This document shows positions 35,499 through 35,655 of a stretch of DNA of 35,655 nucleotides, in pieces; positions within the stretch are counted from its first letter, which is position 1, and every line of letters starts with the position of its first letter. The stretch comes from Candidatus Culexmicrobium cathedralense. GTDB lineage: Archaea; Thermoproteota; Methanomethylicia; Culexarchaeales; Culexmicrobiaceae. Below the pieces are notes generated by a model that was given only the letters and a program-made list of their open reading frames with translations, was not told where the DNA came from and did not search any database. The translations under genes and the position numbers were made by a program. The stretch covers positions 1-35,655 of the forward strand of contig JANZKC010000005.1 in NCBI GenBank assembly GCA_025061115.1, read 5' to 3'.

Positions 35499-35655
35499 AT
35501 GGCAAAAATAAAAGTAATTAAAGCGAGAGTTGAGAGATACAAACCACAGTTCAGCTATCTTAACAAGAACGAAGTAAATGTAGAAGATAAGCGATACGGT
35601 AAGCCAGTAAAATACGTTGCTCAGGTAAAATATCAGTACCGTTGCGGAACTAATG
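35499..35655 (+). CDS. 5' part of the junction-spanning hypothetical protein (MAKIKVIKARVERYKPQF...)
   Basis: ATG after GAGGTG; open to the window end; the final G plus the initial AA give an in-frame GAA codon. Confidence 0.75.
   Translation, partial: MAKIKVIKARVERYKPQFSYLNKNEVNVEDKRYGKPVKYVAQVKYQYRCGTN

Larger units (their letters stand above)
1..35655. mobile_element. Probable complete circular genome of an archaeal (likely hyperthermophilic Thermoproteota) virus
   Basis: Dense small ORFs with GGTG/GGAGGTGA RBS; many RHH and Zn-finger genes; Cas4, GT2 and a structural block; no housekeeping genes; an ORF continues in frame across the two ends. Confidence 0.85.

Noticed and set aside
1-35655. 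tRNA genes, integrase or att sites, terminal repeats
   Set aside because: None recognised by eye.

Overview
The window looks like a complete, circular ~35.7-kb genome of a hyperthermophilic archaeal virus. An ORF reads in frame across the end-start junction, genes carry GGTG(A) ribosome-binding sites and TATA promoters, and there are many small ribbon-helix-helix (RHH) and Zn-finger genes. Recognisable modules are: an SF2 helicase; an SSB/Cas4/RecA-like recombination cluster; a GT2 glycosyltransferase; a tandem pair of small basic paralogs; membrane/Ig-like proteins and two zincin proteases; a beta-rich putative jelly-roll capsid block with fibre-like paralogs; a transglutaminase-like protein; a Toprim (Topo VIA/JetD-like) protein; a DUF5131 protein; a PAPS-reductase-family protein; and a P-loop replication ATPase. 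I could not recognise a DNA polymerase, terminase, packaging ATPase or integrase. Three things stand out. (1) A stand-alone Cas7/Csm3-like RAMP gene (30500-31042) is followed by a hairpin and a ~320-nt non-coding array of ~45 seven-nucleotide units (H-A-N5, mostly CA-N5), with no classical CRISPR repeats. This is a candidate non-CRISPR RNA-guided system. (2) A 52-nt bulge-helix-bulge intron splits the helicase Walker A motif, and canonical splicing exactly restores TGSGKT. (3) An iteron-like GTAYCGACA cluster with an 18-bp perfect inverted repeat sits inside the replication ATPase gene. All family calls come from motif recognition by eye; no database searches were run.
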